Shown one piece after another: positions 1-13,229 of a stretch of DNA of 48,932 nucleotides. The first letter of the stretch is position 1; every line of letters starts with the position of its first letter. The DNA comes from Octopus bimaculoides (lineage: Eukaryota). Made by a program: the position numbers and the translations under genes. The notes under the pieces were generated by a model. It did not search any database. It was not told the origin of the DNA and saw only the letters and a program-made list of their open reading frames with translations. Location of the stretch: the NCBI RefSeq assembly GCF_001194135.2, contig NC_068981.1, positions 150,145,105 through 150,194,036 on the forward strand, given 5' to 3'.

Positions 1-34
<34 letters not shown>

Positions 35-107
35 GGAGAGAGAGAGGCGGGGAGAATATTCGTCTAGAGATAATATCTTTTACAGTTATCAATTTGTGTT
101 GCAATAT

Positions 108-597
108 TTCTGGTGTGAAATCGTGTATTGAAACCGAGACTGTTGTATTTCGGCAGGGCCATATTTTTATTCTTATTTTTGCCAAATAAACACACGCACT
201 ATATATATTTTTCTTCACACGTTTATTACTATTCTTATTTTATTATTTTAACTCGTATTCGTTGTCCGGAAATCTTTCGTCACATATCTGTGACCTCTTC
301 AGCGACACTTTTCGTTTACGTGTGTGTTCGTGCTCCGCTGGACCTATTGTAGAGTATGTAGAACAAGAACACGCGCGAAAAGGAAAAGTGTGGCTGGAGA
401 GATCACGGATGTGTGACGAAAGATTTCTGGACAATGGACTTGAGTTAAAATAATAAAATAAGAACAGTAATAAACGAGTGATGAAAAAAATATTTAGTGC
501 GTGTGTTTCTTTCGCAAAAGAAAATGACCGTCCCGAAATGCAACACTAGTATCTTTTATTAACGATGTGTCGTTAGAACCACAATATACACCGGAAG
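108..597. repeat. Long imperfect inverted repeat (fold-back), probably a palindromic MITE-like element
   Basis: 246-335 pairs gaplessly with 361-450 (hand alignment of 90 positions: 73 Watson-Crick, 9 G-T, 8 mismatches). Similarity continues to about 144-162 vs 526-544, and weakly to 108/597. ORFs 243..434(-) and 262..453(+) are near-identical peptides, which reflects the symmetry. Confidence 0.85.
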
Positions 598-824
598 GAG
601 ATGAAAGTCATCAAGCAGCAGCAACTGAGAAAGTCCAACGCATTTCTGCCTTTTGGGGCATTTTCAGCACCTTGTACTCACACCCAACTTGCTTACAAGA
701 AATTTATCACCACTGACAAATGGGCGGGAAGGCATATATAGATTATTGAATTTCTCAAACTCAGAATATCCGTAAGAGTTATTATCTTCAGAATACTGCA
801 GTAAATTGTGCATTTGGATGATGC

Positions 825-858
<34 letters not shown>

Positions 859-1494
859 NNNNNNNNNNNNNNNNNNNNNNNNNNNNNNNNNNNNNNNNNN
901 NNNNNNNNNNNNNNNNNNNNNNNNNNNNNNNNNNNNNNNNNNNNNNNNNNNNNNNNNNNNNNNNNNNNNNNNNNNNNNNNNNNNNNNNNNNNNNNNNNNN
1001 NNNNNNNNNNNNNNNNNNNNNNNNNNNNNNNNNNNNNNNNNNNNNNNNNNNNNNNNNNNNNNNNNNNNNNNNNNNNNNNNNNNNNNNNNNNNNNNNNNNN
1101 NNNNNNNNNNNNNNNNNNNNNNNNNNNNNNNNNNNNNNNNNNNNNNNNNNNNNNNNNNNNNNNNNNNNNNNNNNNNNNNNNNNNNNNNNNNNNNNNNNNN
1201 NNNNNNNNNNNNNNNNNNNNNNNNNNNNNNNNNNNNNNNNNNNNNNNNNNNNNNNNNNNNNNNNNNNNNNNNNNNNNNNNNNNNNNNNNNNNNNNNNNNN
1301 NNNNNNNNNNNNNNNNNNNNNNNNNNNNNNNNNNNNNNNNNNNNNNNNNNNNNNNNNNNNNNNNNNNNNNNNNNNNNNNNNNNNNNNNNNNNNNNNNNNN
1401 NNNNNNNNNNNNNNNNNNNNNNNNNNNNNNNNNNNNNNNNNNNNNNNNNNNNNNNNNNNNNNNNNNNNNNNNNNNNNNNNNNNNNNNNNNNNNN

Positions 1495-1520
<26 letters not shown>

Positions 1521-1526
<6 letters not shown>

Positions 1527-1950
1527 TACCCTGGTTCAAAGCGAAATTAAAATCAAAGAAAATCTTGTAGTCAAGAACACAAGACTACAATAATAAGAAA
1601 AGAACTCTAGAAAAGAGCAAATAAAACTCAGAAAACAAGCCCATAAGAATCCCTCAAACTTGAGAAAATTCAAAAGCACAAGAAATGAAGAATTCTCACG
1701 CAATAAACATACTTCAACCAAAAATTAGAGAATATCAAACACACAATTATACACAGACCAAATACCTAACACCAACACCAGATACAACTACCATCAAAAC
1801 CCCAAGAACAATTACCATAGACAAAATCAAAGATATATGAATAATGAACGAAACAACAGTAGAAACACATCCCTCATATTAACCACCAAACAAAAATCTA
1901 CAACTCAGAATACTATCAACATGAAAAGCCAGTGAACAGAATATTTCACC
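1521..1950 (+). other. A-rich decayed ORF-like segment, possibly a retroelement remnant
   Basis: One frame is mostly open with few stops (e.g. RYNYHQNPKNNYHRQNQRYMNNERNNSRN), with strong A/C strand skew. No diagnostic motif. Confidence 0.2.
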
Positions 1951-2076
1951 ACAACAGAAACGCCCCTATTTCAAATGGCAATTCTTTTTTAGGACAAGGT
2001 GTCTCCCACCAATTGAAATATAAAAGGCAAAAAAACACCGCCGTTGACGAAGAAAAACTATAGGCACCAAAAATAA

Positions 2077-2441
2077 CCAGCAAATTGGTTTCGACCTTCG
2101 GCTAGAACGGTAGCATTTCATATTGGTAATATCATTGTGAGGGGTAAAAATCTTAATTAACATAACAGGAAATCAAACTATTAGAAAATGGAGTGAAGTT
2201 AACACCCAGCCCGAATGCAGATCAACACGACCTTATAAAAACACAGGAGATGTTTGTTGAAATTAAGTCTAGGAGAATTTTTCCAGGGTGTAAAATACGA
2301 AGTGGAGTCACTAGTTAAAAAAAATAACTAGATCTATGAATTAAAATTTGTATTATTTAAAGATTTTAAAATAATATATTAAACTGATTGGAACTACCAG
2401 TGAAGTCATACTTTTCTTTTTTCCAATAAATAAATAAATAA

Positions 2442-2505
<64 letters not shown>

Positions 2506-2766
2506 NNNNNNNNNNNNNNNNNNNNNNNNNNNNNNNNNNNNNNNNNNNNNNNNNNNNNNNNNNNNNNNNNNNNNNNNNNNNNNNNNNNNNNNNNNNNNNN
2601 NNNNNNNNNNNNNNNNNNNNNNNNNNNNNNNNNNNNNNNNNNNNNNNNNNNNNNNNNNNNNNNNNNNNNNNNNNNNNNNNNNNNNNNNNNNNNNNNNNNN
2701 NNNNNNNNNNNNNNNNNNNNNNNNNNNNNNNCATGTATTAGTGGGAAATAGAGAAACAAGTGTATT

Positions 2767-2820
<54 letters not shown>

Positions 2821-3125
2821 CGCGTGTGTGTGTGTGTGTGTGTGTGTGAAGTGAGTCAAGTGGGAGATGAGAAAGGGAACAGAGAGATAATAATTCGTTG
2901 ATAGAATGCTGAACATGCTGGAAATTGATGTAAAGCTTCGTGTAACTTTGAGTAGTGAGACTGAATCCCTTACAAAAGGGGGAATAAACACATATCATTA
3001 TAGCACGAAATGACGCCATAGGGAATTATTGGAGAATAGATTCCAGCAAATTGATTTCAACCTTCGGCTAGAATGGTAGCATTTCATATTGGTAATATCA
3101 TTTAGAGGGGGAAAAAAAATCTTAA
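2077..3125 (+). repeat. About 80-bp dispersed direct repeat (2077-2156 and 3043-3125)
   Basis: CCAGCAAATTG(G/A)TTTC(G/A)ACCTTCGGCTAGAA(C/T)GGTAGCATTTCATATTGGTAATATCATT..GAGGGG..AAAAATCTTAA occurs twice. Confidence 0.85.
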
Positions 3126-3357
3126 ATGCCACATAATTTTACTCTCTTTACACATGCAAAATTGCTTGTTCTCATGGTCAATTAAGAAATGATTTATTCA
3201 TATATGCTGTACGGTTGTTGACTTCCCTTACTGCCTTGAGGTAGTATAATAATTCTACATTATCTCCCTTTCTCTCTCTTTTGGTCTCTCTACTCTTCGT
3301 CTTTCTCTATCTCTGCTTATCTCTCTTTCTCTACTCTTTCTCACTCTCTCTCTCCCT

Positions 3358-3392
<35 letters not shown>

Positions 3393-4740
3393 NNNNNNNN
3401 NNNNNNNNNNNNNNNNNNNNNNNNNNNNNNNNNNNNNNNNNNNNNNNNNNNNNNNNNNNNNNNNNNNNNNNNNNNNNNNNNNNNNNNNNNNNNNNNNNNN
3501 NNNNNNNNNNNNNNNNNNNNNNNNNNNNNNNNNNNNNNNNNNNNNNNNNNNNNNNNNNNNNNNNNNNNNNNNNNNNNNNNNNNNNNNNNNNNNNNNNNNN
3601 NNNNNNNNNNNNNNNNNNNNNNNNNNNNNNNNNNNNNNNNNNNNNNNNNNNNNNNNNNNNNNNNNNNNNNNNNNNNNNNNNNNNNNNNNNNNNNNNNNNN
3701 NNNNNNNNNNNNNNNNNNNNNNNNNNNNNNNNNNNNNNNNNNNNNNNNNNNNNNNNNNNNNNNNNNNNNNNNNNNNNNNNNNNNNNNNNNNNNNNNNNNN
3801 NNNNNNNNNNNNNNNNNNNNNNNNNNNNNNNNNNNNNNNNNNNNNNNNNNNNNNNNNNNNNNNNNNNNNNNNNNNNNNNNNNNNNNNNNNNNNNNNNNNN
3901 NNNNNNNNNNNNNNNNNNNNNNNNNNNNNNNNNNNNNNNNNNNNNNNNNNNNNNNNNNNNNNNNNNNNNNNNNNNNNNNNNNNNNNNNNNNNNNNNNNNN
4001 NNNNNNNNNNNNNNNNNNNNNNNNNNNNNNNNNNNNNNNNNNNNNNNCCACAATCCACTGTTTATATTTTCCATGTAGTTGGTCGATAGAAGCTATATCG
4101 CCCCAATAAAATATCTGTTATATATGTTGTCTGCAGCCACCGATTTGTTATTCAGCTCATAAAACAACGTTTCTGAAATAAAAGAATGTAAAACAAGATT
4201 ATGGATTAATTTGACTAACTCTTACTTTTATAACAAGATTTACAATAAGAAAAGAGAAATAAATCAAGTAAATATAGTTGCACGAACAGTTTTGCTTTTT
4301 TCTAATTCGGTGACTCGACAATATAACCTATAATGAATTTATCCATTGATTGAGATAGTATAATTCACAGAATATTCCGCTCTAGTAAATAATGATTCTT
4401 TTTTTATTTCATTCTGGCGTAAGGCCATATACATATTTTAAGAGAGAAGCAGTTGATTGAATTGACCCAATTACTTAACTAGGATTTATTTTCGACTCCT
4501 AATGGATTAGTGATGCCAATGTTAGCGAGATTTTCAGAACTTGACGTAATGTAACTTATAACTAGAAGTTCATAATTCGCTGCACTGCTGGACCTAATAC
4601 CTATTTCCTTTAGAAAAAAAAATAAGGGCTTTCAAAACTGTAGAAGTTTTCTGCGCTACACGTTTTCGGTGTGTCTTTATATGTGAGTATTGCATGCATG
4701 TATGTCTTCCCCAACACTTCTCTCTCCCTCTCTCTCTCTC

Positions 4741-4775
<35 letters not shown>

Positions 4776-7700
4776 NNNNNNNNNNNNNNNNNNNNNNNNN
4801 NNNNNNNNNNNNNNNNNNNNNNNNNNNNNNNNNNNNNNNNNNNNNNNNNNNNNNNNNNNNNNNNNNNNNNNNNNNNNNNNNNNNNNNNNNNNNNNNNNNN
4901 NNNNNNNNNNNNNNNNNNNNNNNNNNNNNNNNNNNNNNNNNNNNNNNNNNNNNNNNNNNNNNNNNNNNNNNNNNNNNNNNNNNNNNNNNNNNNNNNNNNN
5001 NNNNNNNNNNNNNNNNNNNNNNNNNNNNNNNNNNNNNNNNNNNNNNNNNNNNNNNNNNNNNNNNNNNNNNNNNNNNNNNNNNNNNNNNNNNNNNNNNNNN
5101 NNNNNNNNNNNNNNNNNNNNNNNNNNNNNNNNNNNNNNNNNNNNNNNNNNNNNNNNNNNNNNNNNNNNNNNNNNNNNNNNNNNNNNNNNNNNNNNNNNNN
5201 NNNNNNNNNNNNNNNNNNNNNNNNNNNNNNNNNNNNNNNNNNNNNNNNNNNNNNNNNNNNNNNNNNNNNNNNNNNNNNNNNNNNNNNNNNNNNNNNNNNN
5301 NNNNNNNNNNNNNNNNNNNNNNNNNNNNNNNNNNNNNNNNNNNNNNNNNNNNNNNNNNNNNNNNNNNNNNNNNNNNNNNNNNNNNNNNNNNNNNNNNNNN
5401 NNNNNNNNNNNNNNNNNNNNNNNNNNNNNNNNNNNNNNNNNNNNNNNNNNNNNNNNNNNNNNNNNNNNNNNNNNNNNNNNNNNNNNNNNNNNNNNNNNNN
5501 NNNNNNNNNNNNNNNNNNNNNNNNNNNNNNNNNNNNNNNNNNNNNNNNNNNNNNNNNNNNNNNNNNNNNNNNNNNNNNNNNNNNNNNNNNNNNNNNNNNN
5601 NNNNNNNNNNNNNNNNNNNNNNNNNNNNNNNNNNNNNNNNNNNNNNNNNNNNNNNNNNNNNNNNNATATAACTGCAGTGATAATTCACCACAATTCACTG
5701 ACCTTGGAACCGAAAACGTGTTAGTTGGAATACTACAACACGATTTTATATGCAGAAGTACTCATTTATGCCATTTATCCTTTCTTATATATGAAAGACT
5801 GAAACTCTATGAATGTACATGTTCATACAGGCTCACTTGTAGAGAGACATGCTTACACAGATTTACAGATTCGTCTAAATATATATTTATAGCTGGATCT
5901 TTTTAAACTTCTTAACAATGTATCGTATTCTGTGCTAATTTCTTTCAATCTCCAAATGTGACGGACCAGTTTTCCCTGTTCTGAACTGAAAACTGCCTTG
6001 TACTTATAAAGATTTTACGTGAACGTACTTTCTACTATTACCTATTGTTTGGAATATTTTCATTCTGAATTTGTTGATTTAGCATGGTTGAGGTAATTTC
6101 GATTTCATAAAGGATCGATTCTATGGTATTTATCACGTTTCAAGATCACGTTTCAGTCCTTCCACAGGAACGGTATAGAGTATAATACTTGACTTGCTAG
6201 AAATATGTATTTCCATCTTGAAAGAACATCAGTTAGTAATATTGCTAAGGCTACTTTTAAAAATCCTTCAGTATAAGTTGCCTGAAAATGCTTATGTAGA
6301 AGGACTAGGCATAAAATTAAAGGAATGGTGTTGGAATGGAAAACGTTTCTCTGAATACTTTTAGACCGAGAGAGCATTGTATTTATGAGGTAGGAAATCC
6401 CATTTTGTGCAGCTGCCTAAGCTGAATTGTTTGTTTGCGAGAAATGAAACGTGCGGTTTAAGTAGAGAAGAGTGTAGTGTAATATATGTATAAATATGCT
6501 GTATTAGTGTAGTTCAATCTCATGTTGTGTAGCGTATCAAAGAAAATAAAAAACGCAGAAAATAGAAACAATAAGTTACGGAAGTGATGTATAAACTTTG
6601 TTGCGTGACCAAAAATATCTCAAATTTTAGCCTCATGTAAATTATTGTTTTGCAGAAATGCATAGACATGACTATAACACTTTCTGAAATCGTAAAAATC
6701 TCAGAAATTAGATAAGAAACAAATATTGTTGCCAAAGAGGTTGCTTTTACTATCGTTTTAAGCTTCCTTGATGTAAAGAAGTGGGTGTCGCAAATTAGAT
6801 ATAAGCTGAAAGCAATGCCGTTAGTCCATTGATGATCTTGAAACGAATAGACATTACATGCTATACTATACTTTGTTATTTCTGTTGTTTTTTTAACCTC
6901 AGCGTAACCTAGAGCAATCGGATCTATAATTAAAAACATTTCAGCTGTATCCATCCTGCCTTTAGAATAATATAATCTAAGGTATTCTTCCATTTCTTAA
7001 GACGGTGGGACTATTATTTAATGGAGTTTGGGCTATTTAAGGCAGATCTATTTCTAAAAGTTTAAGTGACCATATTATTTCTGTAAAAATCACATACTTT
7101 CTACCTGAATATTACATAATAGTATTGTTATATTCCAGTAGCGCAAGCGGTGTCTCTCTTCTGTAACAAAAACTATCTAATCCCTATCATAAATTATACA
7201 ACTGAGCAAAAGTATTAAAAAATGGTTTTCTCAGGTATCCCCATAATATTTAGCACATTATTTAATATTTCTACGAGATGAAAAGCCAACAAAGCAGCTT
7301 CTATCCCAGTACTAACCAAAAAAAAAAAGCAATTAAATGTCCATTAAATCAATGTATACTATTTAACGAAAAGGAAAAGGTCATAACAGATAACATTCTC
7401 AAAAAAGTAGATGAAATGGTTATTGCTAGAATTCTTTTGATCAGGACTGATCTGTGTTGAACAACAGTAATAACAAAATGCAAGAAATGTTAGTTGTGAT
7501 GTCCATTCCTTTTCAGAAGCCTGCAAGATGAATAGAAATACTTATATCAGATAACGTGTACACCTAGTTGTTCACAGGAACAACTGGTGTCATTTCTTTT
7601 TTTTAATATTACAGACCCTTCTAAAGAATATTATCATTTTATCATCTCTGTTAAATATCTCCAAGTTGGTTTCATTACATCTGAAACACTTTAGATTCAC

Positions 7701-8652
7701 ACCACCACCATCACCACCGCCAAAACCACCACCGCCACCACCACTAAAAGACAAAAGGCAAAAATAGAACAAGATCAATAACGAATTGTGTTAACATCAA
7801 TGGATTATCAATTCATAGCTCTCGATATATTGCTAATTCGATATAACGTAATTTCTTTTCCTCTATTCACTGTTTTGTTTTCCCAACGCTTTTAAAATTC
7901 ACCGGAAAATTGGGTGTTGTTCATAAGATTGACTTTATAATTCTTTTTTTTTTTTTCGGTTCTTTTATATATTTACTTATATCATTTTGCTTTTAACTAT
8001 TATTGTAAAGGAAAAATGATAAAGCAAATACATGAATAGAGATATATTCCTATATGTATATATATATTATACTATATGTTTGTATGCCTATGTTTGTATT
8101 AGAGCGATTAAAATCTCTTTAAAATAGAAAATGATAGATATTCTATTCTTTTGTTATGCCATAGAAAAGTATTGGAGAGAATTTTTTTTTTTTTTCGATA
8201 ATGTCAAAGGAGATTGTGTTCATAAAATTTTGTATTCCCAATATTATCACTTGAAACAACAGCAACGAAATTTAATATTAAGTTTCCAAAAATTATTTCA
8301 ACAAGCATGGCAGAGTTGAGAAAAGTGTGATACGCCTTGTGCCACAAATGCCTACCAATTATAAATGTGTAAACATACAAGAATACACTCGTCTGTATTT
8401 ATACCTTTTTCCTCTTCACTTCATTTTTTTCATCCACTTCTCTTGTCTTACTTCCACCATTTCTCCTCCCTCTAGTCACTACTCTTCTGTTAATATCTCC
8501 CCTTCACAGAGAAATGTTTCGGTTACACACTTTTTGCTTGTATTTGTAGTGAAGTATTTCTTTTACGTACGTGTTTTCTTCTTATTAAGAGGTATTTTAG
8601 CGATAAATGCAGTCATAGTCATTTGCGATCTTCAAACAGTGTTCACTACCAA

Positions 8653-8740
8653 CAGGGCCGGATTACGTCCCATAAAAAAAACCTAAGTAGCAAAAATGTT
8701 TTGGTGCCAACACCAATGTATGTAATTCAAAATATAAACA
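8653..8740 (+). mobile_element. Possible hAT-like MITE terminus
   Basis: Begins CAGGGCCGGATTA, a terminus typical of small hAT-type elements. Shares ATGTATGTAATT with 15930-16008. No partner end or TSD seen. Confidence 0.3.
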
Positions 8741-8787
8741 ATAATGAGCAATAAAATAAATTTTTATTTTCCAAAACAAAACAAAAA

Positions 8788-9283
8788 CCTTCTGAGTTGA
8801 TTTGGTAGAAACTGAAAGATATATANNNNNNNNNNNNNNNNNNNNNNNNNNNNNNNNNNNNNNNNNNNNNNNNNNNNNNNNNNNNNNNNNNNNNNNNNNN
8901 NNNNNNNNNNNNNNNNNNNNNNNNNNNNNNNNNNNNNNNNNNNNNNNNNNNNNNNNNNNNNNNNNNNNNNNNNNNNNNNNNNNNNNNNNNNNNNNNNNNN
9001 NNNNNNNNNNNNNNNNNNNNNNNNNNNNNNNNNNNNNNNNNNNNNNNNNNNNNNNNNNNNNNNNTGTGTGTGTGTATGTATGTGTCTGTGTGTGTTTGTA
9101 CCCCACTCACCGTTTGACAACCGGTGTTGGTGAGTTTACGACACCGTAACTTAGCAGGGACATAAGCAGATAGAAAAAGTACTGGGTTTAAGAAATAAGT
9201 TCTAGGGTCGATCTGTTCGACTAAAACCCTTCAAGGCGGTGTTCCAGTATGGCCGCAGTCTAATGATTGAAACAGGTAAAAGA
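8788..9283 (+). mobile_element. tRNA-derived SINE family D, partial copy with internal microsatellite/gap
   Basis: GATTTGGTAGAAACTGAAAGA before the gap. The 3' half after it (TTGACAACCGGTGTTGGTGAGTTTACG...TATGGCCGCAGTCTAATGATTGAAACAGGTAAAAGA) matches 23864-24144. Confidence 0.75.
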
Positions 9284-10322
9284 TGGAACGTAAACCTTAT
9301 TTTTGGATACTTCCACTTTACTTATATTTGGAAAGATTTCTACGTTATTTTTTATTGCAAAGTCTCTGATAAGATCCTCACTATGAAACCATGAACACTG
9401 ATATTATACTTTCGATCGAATAAACCACTTCGACTATTATTTTAGAAAGTTGAAAGTGATTCTTTTTGTGCCGTAAACTATTTACCATTTCTGTGGTGCC
9501 CCACTCGATTGATACCCTAAGCATGTGCTTATTATGCTTAATGGTTAATCCAACACTGGCTATCCAGTGGACCAGTTGCAATTAGAAACTTCTAAGCACT
9601 GGAGATTGTTCTATTTCTTTCAAATAAATTGAATTCGGTGATCTGGTTCTTGAATCTCACCAGAGGTTTATCGATAAATTTCCTAGTCAGCAGTACATGT
9701 ATATAAAAAAGACCCAGTTCACTATCCATGCTTCCTAACTCCTTTGAAAGATGTACAAAATTAGTATTCTCTTCTTACACTCCGATTTAATATTTCTTGA
9801 TATTCGAGTCAATATTAGACACGTTGTATGAATCTACTCGTCTCTTATGCCTGGCACATTCTTTTAGTAATTATCACAACCGTTTTAGTAATTTTATAAA
9901 TAATTTCACCGTCGATCCTTTAATGTATTCATGTCACAATTCCACGATAAATCACTACTCTTTGCACCCTACACATTACTTTTCTTACCTTTCCTAATTC
10001 GTGTAATCTTTGTTCTTATTTTTTATTTCATTTTAGTTCTTAGTACTTCATTGTTTATCGCAGTAATACCATCTTTATACTTCATATTTTATTGCCATCT
10101 GTGATGAGCGTCTACCTGAGCAGTATCAAAGCTATAGCTTATCTGGTGTCCCGATGTTTTAAGCGTGAACATGTCTAAGCGAGACTGTAAATACACGGAA
10201 TCCTGCCTGTCTATCTGTCTATCTGTCTGTCTCTCTCCCTCTCTATCTCTCCCTCTCTATCTCTCTATCTCTATCTATCTATTTATCTATCCATCATCTT
10301 AATATATATATATACATATCCA

Positions 10323-10365
<43 letters not shown>

Positions 10366-10590
10366 NNNNNNNNNNNNNNNNNNNNNNNNNNNNNNNNNNN
10401 NNNNNNNNNNNNNNNNNNNNNNNNNNNNNNNNNNNNNNNNNNNNNNNNNNNNNNNNNNNNNNNNNNNNNNNNNNNNNNNNNNNNNNNNNNNNNNNNNNNN
10501 NNNNNNNNNNNNNNNNNNNNNNNCTATCTATCTATCAATCTATCTATTTATCCATCTTTCTCTCTATCTGCATATATATATATCCATATA

Positions 10591-11240
10591 CGAGTTGCAT
10601 TCCAGAAGTTTTGAGATTAAGAGGCAGTCATAACTGTCCTAAATTATTGTAATTATAGTATATCATTAGTATATATCGAATAAGCTTACTTGCAGACCAT
10701 TTCGAAGCTCGCTATGCAATAACATCTTATGTTAAAATTGGGCAAAAACGCAACTGAAACTCATGAAATGTTCTATGCGGCTTATGGATTAACTTTAGCG
10801 AGCTGAATATCTAGTTTTCACTTGCAGAAGAGGTCAGGCAAGCAAGTCCACCGGGAAGCTTATGATGACCCCCATTTTCTATAGCAAGGACATCGTTTAC
10901 ATCCACTAGTTTTCCTCTGACCACACGGTCAACAAAGAATATTTTGTTGAGGATCTGAAGGAGTCCAGGAAGAGATTTCGTCTCAGAAGGCCAGAGTACC
11001 TGCACCAAGACACTGTACCAGTCCACAATCCCATCCTGGTAGCCAACTTTGTGTCAGAAATGGGCAGCAAAATTGTCCCTCATCCTTTTTAAAGTCTAGA
11101 TCTTGCTCCCTGTGAATGTCGTTTGTTCCCCTAGCTGCAGCAGACGAAGGAGGCTGTGACAAGTTTTCTGTACACATTCACTTTGTAGGACTTCCGTGGG
11201 GCCTTCACAGAGTAGCTGGAGTGATACATGTGCAAAGAAA
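10591..11240 (+). mobile_element. Mariner (Tc1/mariner, DD34D-type) remnant, internally deleted pseudogene
   Basis: TA followed by a CGAG.. TIR-like start at 10591. N-terminal HTH remnant AIT..VKIG-KNATETHEMF..AYG (~10712-10790). Catalytic remnant HTVNKEY..LHQDTVPVH...HPF*SLDLAPCE (~10920-11140), matching the mariner motifs HQDNAP.H and YSPDLAP.D. Right TIR not seen. Confidence 0.85.
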
Positions 11241-12039
11241 TCTGAGGATCTTTACACAGTCATCTTTCTCCCTATCTCTCTTTATACATACATACATACA
11301 TACATACATACATACATAAATACATACATACATACATACATACAAATATATGGACAGAAATGTATGTATACATACATACAGGTGCATGTAGTTACAAATA
11401 TATGGACAGAAATGTATAACATGTGTAGATGTCTTGGTATGTTATTAAGTTCATGAAGCCATCTGAGTAAGCGTGTGTATCCGAGCATATTCCGACATGC
11501 ATATAGTACATAAATGCATCGTCACGCTTTGAGATAACTTCCACATTTTCAAGACTAAATTATTGTATTTAAACGCGTGGATGAACATGTCATTGCTGGC
11601 CTATTTTCATGCACGATGCGTTGGTATGCATTTATATGTGATTGTATTTCTAAAGATATGTTCACGATATTGTATGAGTATAATTATTATGTGTGATATA
11701 CACATGGCAATGCATATATATGCATATCTATATTGTAAATACTGATGCCTCAAACATTGATGTAAATTTGTACAAGTGTATGTTACAATTTCTCCGTATC
11801 AGTCTGCATACGTGTAAGCGAAACTAATTTCTTTCTTTAAATCCTCACTATTGTTGAGATTGATCTACCTGGTCCATATTTAAAAGAAATCTCCCAATCT
11901 ACTGCTTGAAGCATCTGCCACTTATGCGAGATCTGAGATGAACGACTAACCTGTGTACCGGCTCTTTGTGGCATTTATTATTTTTCACAGAAAATATACA
12001 AATGAATGATGAAGTTTAAAAATACTTGTTACTTGTTGA

Positions 12040-12480
12040 TCATTTGGAATCTTTTTCATCGTACATTTGGGACTACATGATCCAATTTGATCATAGAATC
12101 AAACATTGGCAACCTGATATTGTAGAGGTAGACAAGGGAGAAAGATCGCGCCTCATCATAGATACCGCTTGCCCTGGCGACAGTAGAATCGTCGAAATGA
12201 AAAACGACTGACGGGATAACAAGGTCACGAAAGAAATCAAGACGCTGTGGTAAAAAAAAAAAAGTGTATATTGTTAAAATAAATGTTGGTGCCCTGGATA
12301 GTGTGAGCAAACAAGACAAAAAATTAAATAAATTGAATGGAAATTATAGAAATGAAAATGGAGTATATATACAATACAACATTACTTGGCAATGCAAGGA
12401 GTCTCCGCAAAATTTTCCAGACTTGAAAAGAGTGCCACCTTTGGTCAGGGGAAGTGAATAGTTGGTATTGTAATGACAAC
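12040..12480 (+). mobile_element. R4/Dong-like non-LTR retrotransposon 3' fragment (RLE domain), decayed
   Basis: WDYMIQFDHRIKHWQPDIVEVDKGERSRLIIDTACPGDSRI, then ..VGALDSVSK and LLGNARSLRKIF*. These match the PD..D RLE motif and the ORF end. Confidence 0.8.
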
Positions 12481-12592
12481 TCTAGCAACGCGCTATGGTA
12501 GATATGAAAAATAAATCTCTTTTATTACTCAAAAACGATCGAAGACATTAAAATATACGAGATCACTAGGGGTTACAAACAAAGAAAAGATA

Positions 12593-12758
12593 GTTCAGGC
12601 GTGGCTAAGTGTAAGAAATTTGCTTCTCAATCAGATGGTTCTGGACTCAGTCCCACTGCGAGACATTTTGGGCAAAGTGTTTTCTACTATAGCCTCGGCC
12701 GGCCAAACCTTGTGAGTGGATTTGGTAGGCGGAAACTGAAAGAAGCTCGTCGTGTATG

Positions 12759-12791
<33 letters not shown>

Positions 12792-12830
12792 CCCACACCA
12801 CCACTTCGAAACCAGTGCTGGTGAGTTTAT
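12593..12830 (+). mobile_element. SINE family D, 5' part plus internal (TG)n
   Basis: Colinear with 23435-23600 (CAGTCCCACTGCG..TTGGGCAAAGTG..CTACTATAGCCTCGG..GGAAACTGAAAGAAGC.CGTCGT), followed by a microsatellite. Confidence 0.8.
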
Positions 12831-13229
12831 TTTTCTTATAACTGATAGATCCAAAAATTCCATCTGTTCATTTATATTCAAAGTAGTTTGTTTTTCAAAA
12901 ACCTGCGATATGAACAGACCAAATATTTGGAAACATGTAGCAGTCGCTACTACCTTTCTGGTTGTTCATATTGTCGTGTCAGTCTGCCGAATGACATTTG
13001 AGTAATTAGAACATTTTCTTCTATTAATTGTTGAATATAAAGCAATTATCATTATTTTTAGTACAATTAGTTATGTATTTTATTTTTGTGTTGTTTTTTT
13101 TATTTATTGTACTGTTTTGCCGTGACATGATTATCTGTATTAGCTAGACTGAATGTCAAAATTTAATATGCGTAATTAGAGTTTTATAAGTTTATGAACC
13201 AAGGCTTCTCAAGTGTTTCATTACTTATA

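Noticed and set aside
664-5906. Long ORFs of 200-411 aa in the track (also at 22-26 kb and 36-37 kb)
   Set aside because: Made of N-gaps (X) and dinucleotide translations (YIYI, THTH, ERER); not genes.
6520-6993. 157-aa hydrophobic minus-strand ORF
   Set aside because: No recognisable motif or convincing splice context. Such ORFs arise by chance in AT-rich DNA.
11341-11417. 25-bp direct repeat TACAAATATATGGACAGAAATGTAT
   Set aside because: Simple local slippage within (CATA)n low-complexity sequence.
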